Shown: positions 12,931 to 26,466 of the stretch, one piece after another
How positions within the stretch are numbered: position 1 is the first letter of the stretch
Layout: each line of letters starts with the position of its first letter
DNA from: Octopus vulgaris
Lineage: Eukaryota
Assembly: GCA_951406725.2 (NCBI GenBank)
Contig: OX597823.1
Coordinates: 31,310,001 to 31,374,000, forward strand
DNA length: 64,000 nt
Direction of reading: 5' to 3'
Translations under genes and position numbers: made by a program
The notes under the pieces: model-generated
The model's input: the letters and a program-made list of their open reading frames with translations, nothing else
The model's database searches: none
What the model was told of the DNA's origin: nothing

Positions 12931-13745
12931 AAAGGCGGCAGTATTTCGTCTGTCTTTACATTCTGAGTTCAAATTCTGCCAAGGTGGACTTTGCCTTTCA
13001 ACCTTTCGGGGTCGATAAATTAAGTAACAGTTGCGTACTGGGGTCCGTCTAATCGAGTGGCCCCCTCTCCCAAAATTTCGGGCCTCGTGCCTAGAAACGT
13101 TAGCACGCCGGGCGAAATACTTAGCAGTATTTCGTCTGCCTTTACGTTCTGAGTTCAAATTCCGCCGAGGTTGACTTTGCCTTTCATCCTTTTAGGGGTC
13201 GATAAATTAAGTACTAGTTGCGTATTGGGTTTGATCTAATCGACTGGCCCCTTCCCCCCGAATTTCGAGTTTTGTGCCTAGAGTAGAAAAGAATATTTTT
13301 AGTTTTCTTAAAGGCGGCGAGCTGGCAGAAACGTTGGCGCGCCGGGCGAATTGCACAGCGGTATTTTGTCTGCCGCTACGTTCTGAATTCAAACTCCGCC
13401 GAGGATGACTTTGCCTTTCATCCTTTCGGAGTTGATAAATTACGTACCAGTTACGGACTGGGGTCGATGTAATCAACTTAATCCCTTTGTCTGTCCTTGT
13501 TTGTCTCCTCTATGTTTAGCCCTTTGTGTGCAATAAAAAATTAAGAAACGTTAGTAAGTCGGACGAAATGCTTAGTGGTATTTCGTCTTCCGGTTCTGAG
13601 TTCAAATTCCGCCGAGGTCGACTATGCCTTTCATCCTTTCGTAGTCGATAAATTAAGTACCAAATGTGCACTGGGGTCGATCTAATTGACTGGACTACTC
13701 CCTCAAAATTTCGTGCTTTGAGCCTCGAGTAGAAAATATTATTTT
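12931..13745 (+). mobile_element. Tandem array of four family-A SINE units (two dimers)
   Basis: gtatttcgtct..ttctgagttcaaatt..ctttcatccttt..gataaattaagta recurs near 12940, 13127, 13360 and 13578. Confidence 0.9.
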
Positions 13746-13982
13746 TAATTTTCTTTTATGTCAGAAGTCACGTGTCTTTTTATGAGTTTGTTTGCGTGTA
13801 GATTTTAGCATTGTATTGCGACGTGCATATGGTTTCTATAATTAACCTACTGTTTTCGTGTTGAATTTTATAAAATATGGAAGTATTCTCCTCTAGCATT
13901 TTATGTAAGACAAACTAATTAACACGTGACTGTTGATGCAAACGGTCAATAAACCATTGGCGGGAAAGTCAATTATAAGATA

Positions 13983-14285
13983 CTAGCAGTATCGCCCGGC
14001 GTTGCTCGGGTTTGTAAGGGAAATAACTATATAAGCATTTTTAGAGAGTTACTTCCCTTATATAATAGCAAAAAAATGCATTAAAAATGGGAAAAAATGA
14101 TGATAATTTTTTTTTTAAATCGTAGACTCATCGTAGACGCGCGCTAATACCCAGAAGGGTTCGATATGAATCACGACTATAAGATACCCGCTTTTGGTTA
14201 AACTGCACCGCAAAATGTGGGAGTAGTTAGGAATCTAAATTGTAGGAGACAGACACTCTCACAACTTCAGTTTTATATATAAAGA
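13983..14285 (-). mobile_element. Non-autonomous Helitron
   Basis: Minus strand: A|TCTTTATATATAAAACTG ... cccgagcaacgccggg hairpin-cgatactg-CTAG|T; canonical 5'-TC, 3' hairpin + CTAG, inserted between A and T. Confidence 0.85.
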
Positions 14286-14475
14286 TATCATATACCGCCA
14301 TTTGTAACACAACCATCAACATCTCCAATGCCATCGCATTACCACCACTGTGATCATGAAAAACACAACCATTACCATCACAACATATCAACAGCCACTA
14401 CTATACCTATTGTCATCACAAACACCAAAATAACTACTACTGCCATCGCCGCCGCGCCACCACCAAGACAATCAC

Positions 14476-14508
<33 letters not shown>

Positions 14509-14908
14509 TACAACTATCCCATCAAGGCCATACAACATCACATCACCCGAAACTCTACCATCATCAACAACCCTACAGCAACTACATCCACCAACACCAC
14601 GACGACGATCACCACCGCCGACGCCACCACTGCCACTACCACCACTGCTACCACTACTACAGCCATTACCTCAACCATCACAAATACAATTACCGCTACA
14701 ACAATTGGCATCATAGCTACCACAGCCACGTGATAAGCATCACGTGATCTATCATTTGCCGTCTTTGTAGTTATTACATGCTAGCGGCGTCACTTCCTTT
14801 GTTTTCTGGTACAAAGTGTTTATTGATGCAAGAACTGTATTCTGTTGATCAACCCTTCAAATACACCTTATATACGCACCGACATACGCATATTCATATA
14901 TACACACA

Positions 14909-14939
<31 letters not shown>

Positions 14940-15137
14940 CATACATACATACATACATACATACAAAAATACCCTGTTGTTGATGTTGGAATTCCAATGA
15001 AGGAGCCTTGGATCTAGATTAGAAACCGGCTCTTTATTGGCAAGAAATCTTGAAATAAAACTGAACAATGACATACATACATACATACATACATAGACGC
15101 ACACAAAAACACACAGACGAACGCGAATATATATACA

Positions 15138-15308
15138 CAGTAGTCCTTCGCCATATTGCAGTTCACTTATCGCGACTCACTATTTAATTTTACATCGATC
15201 CTCCGTAGAGTTGTCTTGCATGTTTAATAAAATAAATATATACAAAGAAAAGTTTTTAAAATATACTGTACATGTCTACTTCGTGGATTTTCACCTATCG
15301 CGGGGCTT
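15138..15308. mobile_element. Possible Tigger/pogo-like MITE fragment
   Basis: Starts CAGTAGTCCTTCGCCATATTGC with repeated ttcac(c/t)tatcgcg motifs; no second terminus found. Confidence 0.35.
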
Positions 15309-15314
15309 TTAAAA

Positions 15315-15697
15315 CATTTGACTGTGGCCATGCTGGAGTACCACCTTTAGTCGAGCAAATCGACCCCAGGACTTATTGTTTGTAAACCTAGTACTTATTC
15401 TATCGATTTCTTTTGCCGAACCGCTAAGTTAAGGGGACGTAAACACACCAGCATCGGTTGTCAAGCGATGTTGGGGGGACAAACACAGAGACACATAGAC
15501 ACACACATACATATATATATATATACATATATACGTCGGTCTTCTTTCAGTTTCCGTCTACCAAATCCACTCACAAGGCTTTAATCGGCCCGAGGCTATA
15601 GTAGAAGACACTTGCCCAAGGTGCTACGCAGTGGGACTGAACCCGGAACCACGTGGCTTGTAAGCAAGCTACTTACCACACAGCCATTCCTACGCCT
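15315..15697 (-). mobile_element. SINE family B
   Basis: Full head (ggcgtaggaatggctgtgtggtaag) through tail. Confidence 0.9.
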
Positions 15698-15701
15698 ATA
15701 T

Positions 15702-16000
15702 ATCACCGTGATCACCGTGACCGACCAGGCTATCAGATGTTGCTACACATCGCTGGTCACAATGCGCTTTGCATTGTTTTAGCCTTCAAGAGACGCCACT
15801 TCGCTGGCTGAGCGAGCAGGCCAATAGAAGAAAGAGTGAGAAAAAGTTGTGGCGAAAGAGTACAGCAGGGATCGCCACCACTCCCTCCGGAGCCTCGTGG
15901 AGCTTTAGGTGTTTTCGCTCAATAAACACTCACAACGCCCGGTCTGGGAATCGAAACCGCGAGTCCGCTGCCCTAACCACTGGGCCATTGGGTCTCCACG
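15702..16000 (-). mobile_element. tRNA-derived SINE, family C
   Basis: Minus head tggcccagtggttagggcagcggactcgcggtttcgattcccagacc (A/B boxes); 3' end with a tandem cacggtgat repeat. Confidence 0.8.
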
Positions 16001-16004
16001 CCTA

Positions 16005-16167
<163 letters not shown>

Positions 16168-16206
16168 TTATCTATCTATCTATATATATATATATATATA
16201 TATATA

Positions 16207-16572
16207 CTAGCAGTATTGCCCGGCGTTGCTCAGGTTTGTAAGGGAAATAACTATAAAGCATTTTTAGAGAGTTATAGCCAAAAAATAGCAAAAAAATGGA
16301 AGAAAATGATGGTAAATTTTTTTGAGAGTTAAAAAAGGTGGAGTTGCGTCCCCTAGACAGTTTGCGGTTTGTGTTTCTGATTGTTGACCCCATGTCGAAT
16401 TTATCGATTTTTTTAAGAACTGGGGGAACTTTTCAAAATTTTCGCTGCGTTAGTTTTGAATTATGACATTGGGCTATGTGTGTGTCAAGTTTCATCAGAA
16501 TCGGTTGAAAGCCGTGGTCAGGGTGAGGGTACAAGCAAACAGACACACAGAAACACGCACAGACAAACTGCC

Positions 16573-16600
<28 letters not shown>
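16207..16600 (-). mobile_element. Non-autonomous Helitron (3' end shared with 13983-14285)
   Basis: ctagcagtattgcccggcgttgctcaggtttgtaagggaaataactata nearly identical to 13983 onward; 5' half differs and runs into (TA)n. Confidence 0.8.
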
Positions 16601-16614
<14 letters not shown>

Positions 16615-16814
16615 CTAATGTAGGATAAAATATTTTTCGAAAAAAAATTCTTTTCGAAAAAAATTTTATCAATAGTCAGCATATCAAAAAATACCTTTAA
16701 ACGTTAAATTTATGATTTAACCTAAGTCATATGCTCATGACTTAGTGTTTGCTTCTTCCATGGGTTTGAGTAAGTATCTAATTTATTTGTCTTTTATATG
16801 CTCAAATAGAACGA

Positions 16815-17090
16815 CGAACATAAAAACAAAAACATAGAAACGAACATTTTTTTCAAACAACGAAAAAAACCCCAGAGAAACGAGACATACAACATAATGA
16901 ATATTCCCCTTCTTCAGTTGTCCTTGTTTCATCTACTCCGCGTTTTCGAAGGTACGGAGTAGATGAAACAGGGACAACTGAAGAAGGTGGATATTCTTTT
17001 ATGTTGCATGTCTCGTTTCTCTGTTTTTGTTTTTATGTTTTCGTTTCTCATTGTGTTCAACGTTTTTTTTATGTCCTGTACCCATATATG
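16815..17090. mobile_element. Fold-back element (probable PLE-derived)
   Basis: ~68-bp inverted arms 16873-16940 / 16955-17023 around loop cgttttcgaaggta; ends in (TA)n. Confidence 0.7.
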
Positions 17091-17146
17091 CATGTATATA
17101 TACATATATATATAGGTATGTACATACATGTAAGTATATATGCATA

Positions 17147-17208
<62 letters not shown>

Positions 17209-17898
17209 GAGATGGGGCAAAATGTTGTGTTTTTACTGCATTTTTACCTTGTCACAAACTATATTCTTTTTACAAATACTATAGCAGCTAAGCAAATGGC
17301 CTTTCTTAAATACATTACAAAAACATCGTAACATAATCTGATCAGTATTTCAGAAAATTATCGTCGTTCTATTTGAGCATATAAAAGACAAATTTGAATG
17401 GGGCAAAATGAGTAAGCCGAGATATGGTAAATTGGCCGCTTCAGTCCTTCAGAAAAAGAGACTCGTACACATTAATATCCATCCCAAGACATCTGAAAGA
17501 TCAGAAATGCAAAAGAATTTTTAAATATCACGGTCAGATGAAAGAGGGTCAGGGAGAAAATGGAACATTATATGAAATTAACAAAACTTTATTAAAGTAG
17601 GTAGGGAGAAAACGAAACATCTGAAGTTACACATTTCCCCCTATATGGCGAAATTGTCAGTCAAAAAGGCAGAAGGATGAGCATACTGAGATAGAAAATT
17701 AGGTGTTACACTCGTACACACACACACAGAGTTAGGAACACAGACGAACGTTTACGAAAAGCAGTTAGAATGTTTAAGAAAATGGTCGATAAAATATATT
17801 ATGTTGAACATCAACAGTGGTAAAGTAATAGTATAGGAAATGACGCAAACTTACAAGCCACGATGAATATAAATCCTACCATATATGTATATATATAA

Positions 17899-17943
<45 letters not shown>

Positions 17944-17946
17944 TAT

Positions 17947-18080
17947 AAACAATTGCAGCGTGGAAGGTGTTTATAAGCCATTTAAGAAACATGGCTTATA
18001 AACACCTTCCACGCTGCAATTGTTTTCGTTCAGCACACGATCTCAGATCAAGTCACTCGCTATGCAAGTATATCTCCTTA
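17947..18080. mobile_element. Short fold-back copy of the 50.9-51.3 kb element family
   Basis: 35-bp arms aaacaattgcagcgtggaaggtgtttataagccat / complement with a 9-nt loop; the longer arm matches the reverse complement of 50941-51030; microsatellites on both sides. Confidence 0.85.
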
Positions 18081-18103
18081 ATATATATATATATATATAT
18101 ATA

Positions 18104-18138
<35 letters not shown>

Positions 18139-18199
18139 GCTTGATGACATACTCTCGCGCGTATTGTTTCATTCATGTGCTTGAAACAACGTGCCTAAC

Positions 18200-18535
18200 G
18201 AATATATCTAAGGAACACTCCGTCGGTTACGACGATGCAGGTCCCAGCTGATACGATCAACAGAACAGCCTGCTCGTGAAACTAACGTGCAAGTGACTGA
18301 GCAATCCACAGGCATGTGTATCCTTAACGTAGTTCTCAGGGAGATTCAGCATGATACAGAATGTGACACTGCTGGTCCCTTTTGAAATACAGGTACTACT
18401 CATTCTTGTTGGCTGAGTGGATTGAAGCAAAGTGAAATAAAGTGTTTTGCTCAAGGACATAGCGCATCACCGAGAATTGAACTCACGGCCTTACGATCGC
18501 AAACAGAGTGCCCCAACCTCTAAGCCACGCGCCTC
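18200..18535 (-). mobile_element. tRNA-derived SINE, family D
   Basis: Minus head gcgtggcttagaggttgggg..gagttcaattctc then tgtccttgagcaaaacactttatttcac; related copies near 12.1 and 52.8 kb. Confidence 0.75.
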
Positions 18536-18539
18536 TCTG

Positions 18540-18685
18540 TTTATTTTCTCTTATTCCTTTCTGCTGAAGATCATAGGCTCGAAACGTAAAAGATTTTTTC
18601 ACCTTCCCGAGTGTCAAACTAATATACATGCTTGTTGTTTATACACCTATATTCGTCTTTTGTTTTTCTGTAAATTTCAACTATA
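18540..18685 (+). mobile_element. Short HHR-bearing element (family H1); hammerhead-like motif at 18557-18592
   Basis: cuuu CUGCUGA a gauc-auag-gcuc GAAA cg UA aaag; the tail matches 34413-34535 and 53826-53942, and the head recurs at 63965-64000. Confidence 0.65.
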
Positions 18686-19412
18686 CACACACACAACTCC
18701 GTCGTTGGCAGGTTGTCAATGAGAGAACTGTCGATAGAGCTTACTGCATTTATTCATCTCAGTCGTTCTATTTATTAAATGTAGAATATATCATAGTTAG
18801 TTGAAGAAATTATGGTATTCAAATGCTTCTTCTTTGCCAGTGTTTTTTTTTTTGCAGTAAAAGTGCTCTACATTCTGTATCGAATTAATTATTTTAGATA
18901 TTCAAATAAATATTCTGTGACTATAACAAGAATATTTCTAGATGCAAAGTTAACAAACTAGGAAATAAAATACATCCCATATTACTTCAAAGCAAGGTGT
19001 GACATTATAAAATATAAACATATATTTTCCCTGGATATGAGTCAGGGTGTCTAGCGAACGCATACATATTTAATTGTTCAGAAATGAAACGCTATCATTT
19101 AATCATATTATAATTCTTGATTTTTTTATGTTAAATAAGGAATTTTTAATGTTAAATTCATTGCAAAAGTACACATGCGTAGATGAGTCATCTCAGTTTC
19201 GTGTTTTATCTTTATTATTTTTTTAGAGTTTGCGGCATATTTTGGTTCTATTATATAAGGGAATATAATTCCAGTTACATAAAATTATTAAAATACAAAA
19301 CACCTGAGTATTGAGAAAATAGACTTTAATAATAATACCAGAAACTGGGCAGACTAGAGGAGTGCTTTTTCCATCTTCCAAATTTCGAACGCTATGTACG
19401 TACATACATACA

Positions 19413-19446
<34 letters not shown>

Positions 19447-20532
19447 CATACATACATACATACATACATACATACATACATACATACATACATACATACA
19501 TACCGCTTAATAATCTCAATGGAGGCAATGCAAGCAGAAACTAGAGGAATATAATTAATAACCACACAAAATAAAATATATACATATATTCTTCTACATT
19601 TATAAAACGGATATAAATATTCCAAATATATAAATATAAAAATACATATAGATATATATCGATGTGATACATAAAACACAATGAATTTTAGATTTAAAAG
19701 TTATAATACATATTCTGTGTCCTCTTCAGGGATTCTCCATCCCACGTGTCTCCTGTCCTCTTCAGTCCGTTCTATTTTTCTATGGTAACCATCTTTATCT
19801 GCGCATATGTTTGCATCTGTATTTGTGTGTGAGGAGGCGTATGTGTAAGTGTGCGAGTGTATATGATTAGTGTGTGCTTTGTGTGTTTGTATATGGGTTT
19901 GTGAACTATACTGCTTGTGCTCGTGTCTTTTATATAGTATTTTTTATCTAATTATTTCTCTATTTGTTTCTCGTTCCATCTTATGTCTGTGTATGTGTGT
20001 CTTGTGTGTGTGCTTGTATATGGGTTTATGTATTATACTCTTTGAATCTGCGTTTCCTTTTCTTCTTTCATTCTATCTTTGGTCATCATGTTGCGTAGAG
20101 TGGTGGAGGGGTGTTATTGTTCCATTCATGTTTTCTGTTGGGGTTCGGTCTGTCTTGTCTACAACTATGTGTGTAGCCTCTGTAATCTGTATAAATGTCG
20201 TGCCTGTTCTGCATATTGATAATATCAACACATAGGGCAGGTATATATATGCGTGTCCGTGCGCGCGTCTGTGTATGTGTATGTGTGCGTATATGCATAC
20301 ATGCACATCCATCCATCCATCCATCCATCTATACATACATACATATAATCCTATGCATTCACGGATATAGCAATGCAGCCATTTGTAAAACAATTCAAAA
20401 ATACAAACTCCTGAATATGCATACAAAAGCCTAATCGGAAATGCATATAAACATACAGTTACCTACATGTCAGTGTGTTTGTGTTTGTCTGTGTGTATGT
20501 GTGTGTGTGTGTGTGTGTGTGCGTATATATAT

Positions 20533-20705
20533 GTAATTGACAAAATTGGAGTTAACAAGAAGGAGTACGGTTAGCCATATATTTTCAATCACTACAATTG
20601 TTTCTACGCCACGTAGTTTTCCAGACAGGTAGAAGCAAACGTAATGATCTAACATAAATGTCCAACCGTACTCCTTCTTGTTGACTCAAGTTTTTTCAAT
20701 TATCT
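20533..20705. mobile_element. Degenerate fold-back element
   Basis: aattgacaaaattggagttaacaagaaggagtacggtt is inverted at 20663-20702; the minus strand has GAAAcaauugUA, resembling an HHR 3' half. Confidence 0.65.
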
Positions 20706-20841
20706 ATACATACACGTAGAAAGCCCAAACGTAAACCTGGAAGTACGTATACGACAACTACTGGATAACACAAGGTGAAATCCGGAGGGGTGCGCGTGTA
20801 TGTGTGTGTATTCTTTTATATGTTTCAGCTTTGAGGCTACG

Positions 20842-20896
<55 letters not shown>

Positions 20897-21133
20897 TCTA
20901 AAGTAGGATAATATTTTTCGAAAAAATTTCTATCAATGGCCAGCATATTGTGTGACAGATTACATGGTTATTGACGTTATGTCTTTTTTCGGCATATTTT
21001 GGCATTAGAAAATTTTTCTTCTGCCCTTACTTATAAATTGTATATATATATATATATATGTCGTTGCTATTAAGCAAAAGTTTCGTATATCCAAAACATT
21101 CTTTTTTTCAGAAAACGAAAGAAATTGTCTCAC

Positions 21134-21252
21134 CATTCCGTAGCAAAACCGTTGTACTACACTTTGACAATTTTTGATATCTTGGCATCTGAAGCAACAG
21201 GAGATACGATAACTTGACCAAGAGAACCGGCTATTGCAAGCAAAAATAAATA
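21134..21252 (-). other. Candidate host exon (119 nt)
   Basis: Acceptor cattttttcAG and donor ATG|GTGAGA bracket unique sequence with one open frame (FIFACNSRFSWSSYRISCCFRCQDIKNCQSVVQRFCYGM); no recognisable homology. Confidence 0.3.
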
Positions 21253-21690
21253 CTGAAAAAAATGTACTCGGCCAAATTTGGACATAGTACAGTTTAACAT
21301 AACACCAACGATATATATATATATATATATAATGCACATAGGCATTTCCTGGTAAAATTTCATATGAAGATACATATATCCACATAGCCTTACATTGTCC
21401 TGAATAACATATACGCTGATAGGCGTGAACTTAGATTCATACAGGTTTATTGAAATGCATCATACAAATGGAACGATGCTTCATCTGATTGTACAGGCGC
21501 ACAAAAATATATGGAAAAAAAGCATCAGAAAAATTACTGAAAAATGCAAAATAAAAATATGTATAGAAAGAATATGGATGAGCATAAATTTGTATAAATA
21601 CTTACATGCACCAAATGTATTCGAATCTCGATACAAAATATGAAACCCTTTGAGTGCTCAGTCACGACACACTGCAAACATATACATACA

Positions 21691-21782
<92 letters not shown>

Positions 21783-22654
21783 AGAATGGAATACGTATGG
21801 AAATCAAGTGACAAATACATAATGTGGTGGATTATTATTTATAATCTGTTTATCAATCAGTAACATTTTACAGCGAATGGATAAATTAGATAGATTTCAA
21901 AGATTATTATAATGGCCATTTTATGAATGATGAAGTTTTATAAAAATGAATAGACATTTTGAATTAACTGCATGAATATAAAAAAAATTTTTTTAAATTA
22001 AGATGTAAAATATATTTAGGAACGATTGGGAAATAAGTATATGAGCGAACAATTTTTCAAAAATCAATAATGTAAATTAATTGAATAAAAAATATGTAAA
22101 GAATAAAAATTGTATTTTAAAATATATGTAAAAAAAATTATGTTTAAAATAATATAATAATAATGAAAATATAAATAAAAGATATGTATATTGTTTGAAT
22201 TATAAAATATGAATTCAAAATAGAAGCATAACAAATAATAAAATATAAAGCGTGAAAAAAAGGCACAACAAAGAATTAATAACAAGATGTATTTAAAAAA
22301 GTTCAAATGTACATATCTAATGTAATAATTAAGCCATTATAGCGGGCCTATCATAAAAAAATCTAATTACTGTAGATATAGGAACATATAATCATGGAGA
22401 ACTAATGTGTTTGAGGAAGATATTTGGTTTCGTACGTGCAATTTTGAGGAATACGGAATATGGGTTCCAGATCTCAGGATACGGGTCAGGTATTAAAACA
22501 TGATATACTGAACATAGGATGTGAGCAGTGGGTTTTGTTTAGAGGTTGTTAATGGACATGGGTCTGTGGCTACTGTCGGTAACTGTTGGCTTTAAAATAC
22601 ATGCGCAGTAAATGATATCGTTACCAGATGATTACTCAGTTTTTGATTATGGAA

Positions 22655-23150
22655 CTTAACTTACTCGCTCCTAATTCTTGAGACTCACGAGGCAGTCAAA
22701 ATGCGCCAGTGATCATAGTTACTCGCTTCTCTTAATGCGTCATGACATGTTCTGTCAATCAGCTGCATGTCCCTGTTGGTCGTTTAGTGCCGCTTCATCT
22801 TTGGGCGTCTTCTCCGTCTCTTTCTATAGGTTTTCCCCAGAAGGCCTTCATTCGAGAGTCTTTCACGCGAAAGTTTTATTAGGTGACGCATCCAGCTCAA
22901 GTGGTGTTTGCACACAAACTTAGACAAAGGTTGTTGGTTGGCTCGTTGTTGCACTTCTTGGTTGGAGACGAATTCAACCCATTTGATGCCAAGAACTTTA
23001 CGTATCAAAGGCGTCCATCTCTTCTCTTGAATAATCTTCATCTGTCACGTTTCGCTCCCATAAAGTAGAGTTGACAGCACATTATTATTGTAGAACGTCA
23101 CCTTTGTCATTTTGCTCCTGCAGATCTGTGCTTATTAAAGGAGATCAGTT
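22655..23150 (-). pseudogene. Degenerate RTE-clade LINE 3' fragment
   Basis: IRKVLGIKWVEFVSNQEVQQRA..HHLSWMRHLI..KRRRRRPK; ends in an AAGT-like tandem tail. Confidence 0.75.
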
Positions 23151-23199
23151 CAGATTCTCTGTTCAAGGTGTGCTCAGGATAGAGCAATAAGGTTAACTA

Positions 23200-23510
23200 A
23201 TAGGTAACAGTATTCATTCTGATGGTATACACTTCTGCTGTCTTTAGTGTTCTATCACAGTTGGTTTTTAAGTGCCCATATGTATTTCGATGAGCTGGTG
23301 CTTTCTCTTCTATTTGTTTATCTGAAAGAGTGGATGTGATGGTAGATTCAGAATTTGAAAGTGTTCTTGCTTAAACAAATGTAGGATTTAGGTATTTTGT
23401 TGTTGGTGGTGGTGGTGGTGGGGAAGACATCTCGTTGCACTTAGTAGAACGCCCAGTGGACAATCTGTTAACTGTCTACTTGGCAATTGTATTTTAGGTA
23501 ATATTTGACA
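23200..23510 (-). pseudogene. Degenerate PLE GIY-YIG endonuclease fragment (Naiad-like)
   Basis: NCQ..DCPLG..KSYICLSKNTFKF*IYHHIHSFR..ESTSSSKYIWALKN; parallels YIGSTT..RISNHYSTFR..STGLSKLVWRLK at 45.6-45.8 kb. Confidence 0.75.
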
Positions 23511-24009
23511 TTGCAACATTATATAGGGTGAAATTAAATGGTACCCCTGTTCTTTGCTTAACGTTATGCTAATCAAAAATTTGATGATGCCTGAGTGCGT
23601 TTGTGTGTGTATATATATATATATTTGTATATGTATATATGTATGTGTATGAATGTGTGTGCACGCGTATTTACTCTTCAGCGAAAGATACACACACACA
23701 CACACGCATACACAGGCAACACCCATTCAGACGTATACTTAAGAAAAACAGAAAACATGTAGATACATATTATAAATGTTTCCTTCTCATAATATCATCA
23801 ACTGAATGCGATGGGAGAAACTCGCTTTGGTTATCTACGGACAGTGGTTGGAATTGTCACTAAAATTCTTCAAGCTGCAGAACATTGGAATTTAATAAAC
23901 ATTGTCAATGAACAGAATAATCGTAGGATTGAAGCATTCTTTTATGAACACGTTTTCCCTTAGAACTATTTCGTCTTCATATGTTGTTCTATACAAAAAT
24001 AATTCTTTC

Positions 24010-24705
24010 TAATTTTGGTAAAAAGCAATTTGAAGGAAGGGGTTAATTCGATTACATCGACCTCAACACTTCACTGGGACTTTATTAATCAAAGGTGAAA
24101 TGTTGAAAGTCAAAGTTCACCCCGGAAGGTGTTGAACTCAGAAGGAAAAGTGTCAAAAAATGCACAGCTAATCATTTCATCCGACACGCTGACCATTCTG
24201 TCAGCTCGGCACCAAAATAATCGCAATAATGATGATGATAATAATAATGATTATTATTATTATTTTGGGCCCAAACCTGCAATTTTTAGAGAAAGAGGTT
24301 TGTTGATTCTATCGACCGCAGTACTGGAATAACTACTTCATTTTATCGACTCTAGCGGGATGAAAAGCTGCAGGATTTGAACTTAGAACGTACGGTACCG
24401 GACCAAATACTTATTTGTTTATTGCCCACAAGAAGCTACACATAGACAAGGAAGCTACACATAGACATAGACAAGGACAGACAAAGGGATTAAGTCGATT
24501 ACATCGGCCCCAGTGCGTAACTGGTACTTAATTTATCGACCCCGAAAGGATGAAAGGCAAAGTCGACCTCGGCGGAATTTGAATTCAGAACGTAAAGACA
24601 GACGAAATACCGCCCGCCCGGCGTGCTAACGTTTCTGCCAGCTCGCCGTCATATACAGCTAAGCATTTTTGTGACGCTCTAACGATTCAGCCAACTCACC
24701 GCCTA
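24010..24705 (-). mobile_element. Cluster of family-A SINEs (younger copy 24410-24650 nested in older ones)
   Basis: aaggatgaaaggcaaagtcgacctcggcggaatttgaa..cgttctgccagctcgcc, plus two decayed copies. Confidence 0.8.
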
Positions 24706-26331
24706 ACATTTCATCAATAACACAAGGCTTAAAAGGTTCGTCATTGCTGACGTAGAAGCATAACTCTCAAAAAATCCTCTGGTAAATAAGTTACCCAAAT
24801 TCGAACATCATGTAAGAATCAAAACTAAATCCATACAATTCATGGAAACGAGATTGTGAAGGTCCGGAAACATCGAATATGAATTTAGAAATATTAATGT
24901 TCCAAATTATTTGCCAAAAATAATTTTAAGATACCATAGGAATAGGGATAGATTTTACAGGTGGATGAACGGTCCATAGAAGATTTAGGCTTCCTGTCTT
25001 AAGCCTGGATAGTACTCCATGAAAATTCCTTCCGCTAATTCTAATTGTTTTCTCCAAACTTTCTCCCACCTAATCGATTAAGCATGCATGCTATCCCCAA
25101 ACCTCTCGGAATGATTACCAGTCTCTTAAAGGAGACAATGGGAATGACAAACAGTTTACAGACAAAGTTCTTCTCGAGGAGAAATCTATCAAATAGTTAA
25201 TGCAATTTCAAGCGGTTCGAATGTTGATATCATCGAGTTATGCATCAAACAGTTGCTACTTCGAAGATGACATGGAAACATTAAATCTTCTTGGCAATAT
25301 GAGAGCAACAAGGAAGATAAATTTTCGACGTTGCTCCTAAAAATTAGTGATAGATTTCTAGAAAGGATGTGTCGTTGGGGTGGGGAGTGGGGTACAAATA
25401 CTATTAAAATTTCTTAGGATATGGCTGCCGAAGGAAATATAACTGGGAGAATGTAAAGCGAATTCTTTGATGCCGCGAGAGAAGAAGCAAACGATGAAAT
25501 TTCACTAAAATCTTCTCAACAAGAAATAAAAAGGCACAAATATTTAAATAGACCGTATTTTCGGTCATTCACGTGAAAGTGTAAAGCCACCGGTTAATGA
25601 TGGTGAAAACTTAGCACTAGGTTTCTTCATCCATCGTGTTCTTTAATGAAAAAAACTTTATCGCAATTTCCACCACAGGATCTGAAACAAAAGAAAAGTT
25701 CCTTAATAATGTTTTGTCGAAATTTGAATCCAAGGTTTAGACATTTAATTAGCACTCTCCATGTCTTTATATGCAGGTTACATTAAATCAATACTTTTGT
25801 ATACAAAGTCAAAAAGAGAAAAGTAAGTCAAGAAATCTAAAACCCGGTGAGTGCTTATATTGCTTATATGTGTTCTTTCATTATTTCTCAGTTTCTTAAG
25901 GAAATAGGCTACACTTAGCAAAATGTATTGTTATAGAAATAATCTAAACGGCAAGTAAAAAAACGAGTTACTTTTTGAAAAATCACCTGAAGAGAGGCGT
26001 CTGCACCTATAATGCATGACAGTTGTTTGTACAGCAGCTCACTTGTAAGGTACGGATGCATTAGGGGTCGAAACGATCGTAGTAGTTCTGAATAATGAGT
26101 TTCGAGAATTCTATTTTTGTCTCTCAACTTTATATATGTGCGTGTGAGTGTGTGCGCACAGATACATTCATACCACATACACACATACATTACATACATA
26201 CATACATACATACATACACATACATGTGTGTGTGGAGGAAAGTGCATGACTACGGATACATTTATGAATGTGCATATATATGTATGAATATATGTGTGTG
26301 TATGTGTGCATATATATATATACATATGTAT

Positions 26332-26385
<54 letters not shown>

Positions 26386-26398
26386 TTATTTATATATG

Positions 26399-26432
<34 letters not shown>

Positions 26433-26466
26433 TGTATGTATGTATGTATATATATATATATATATC

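Noticed and set aside
14328-14747. His/Thr-rich ORFs (also 30243-30425 and 62208-62630)
   Set aside because: Degenerate (CAT/CAC/TAG)n trinucleotide tracts of a kind found throughout the window.
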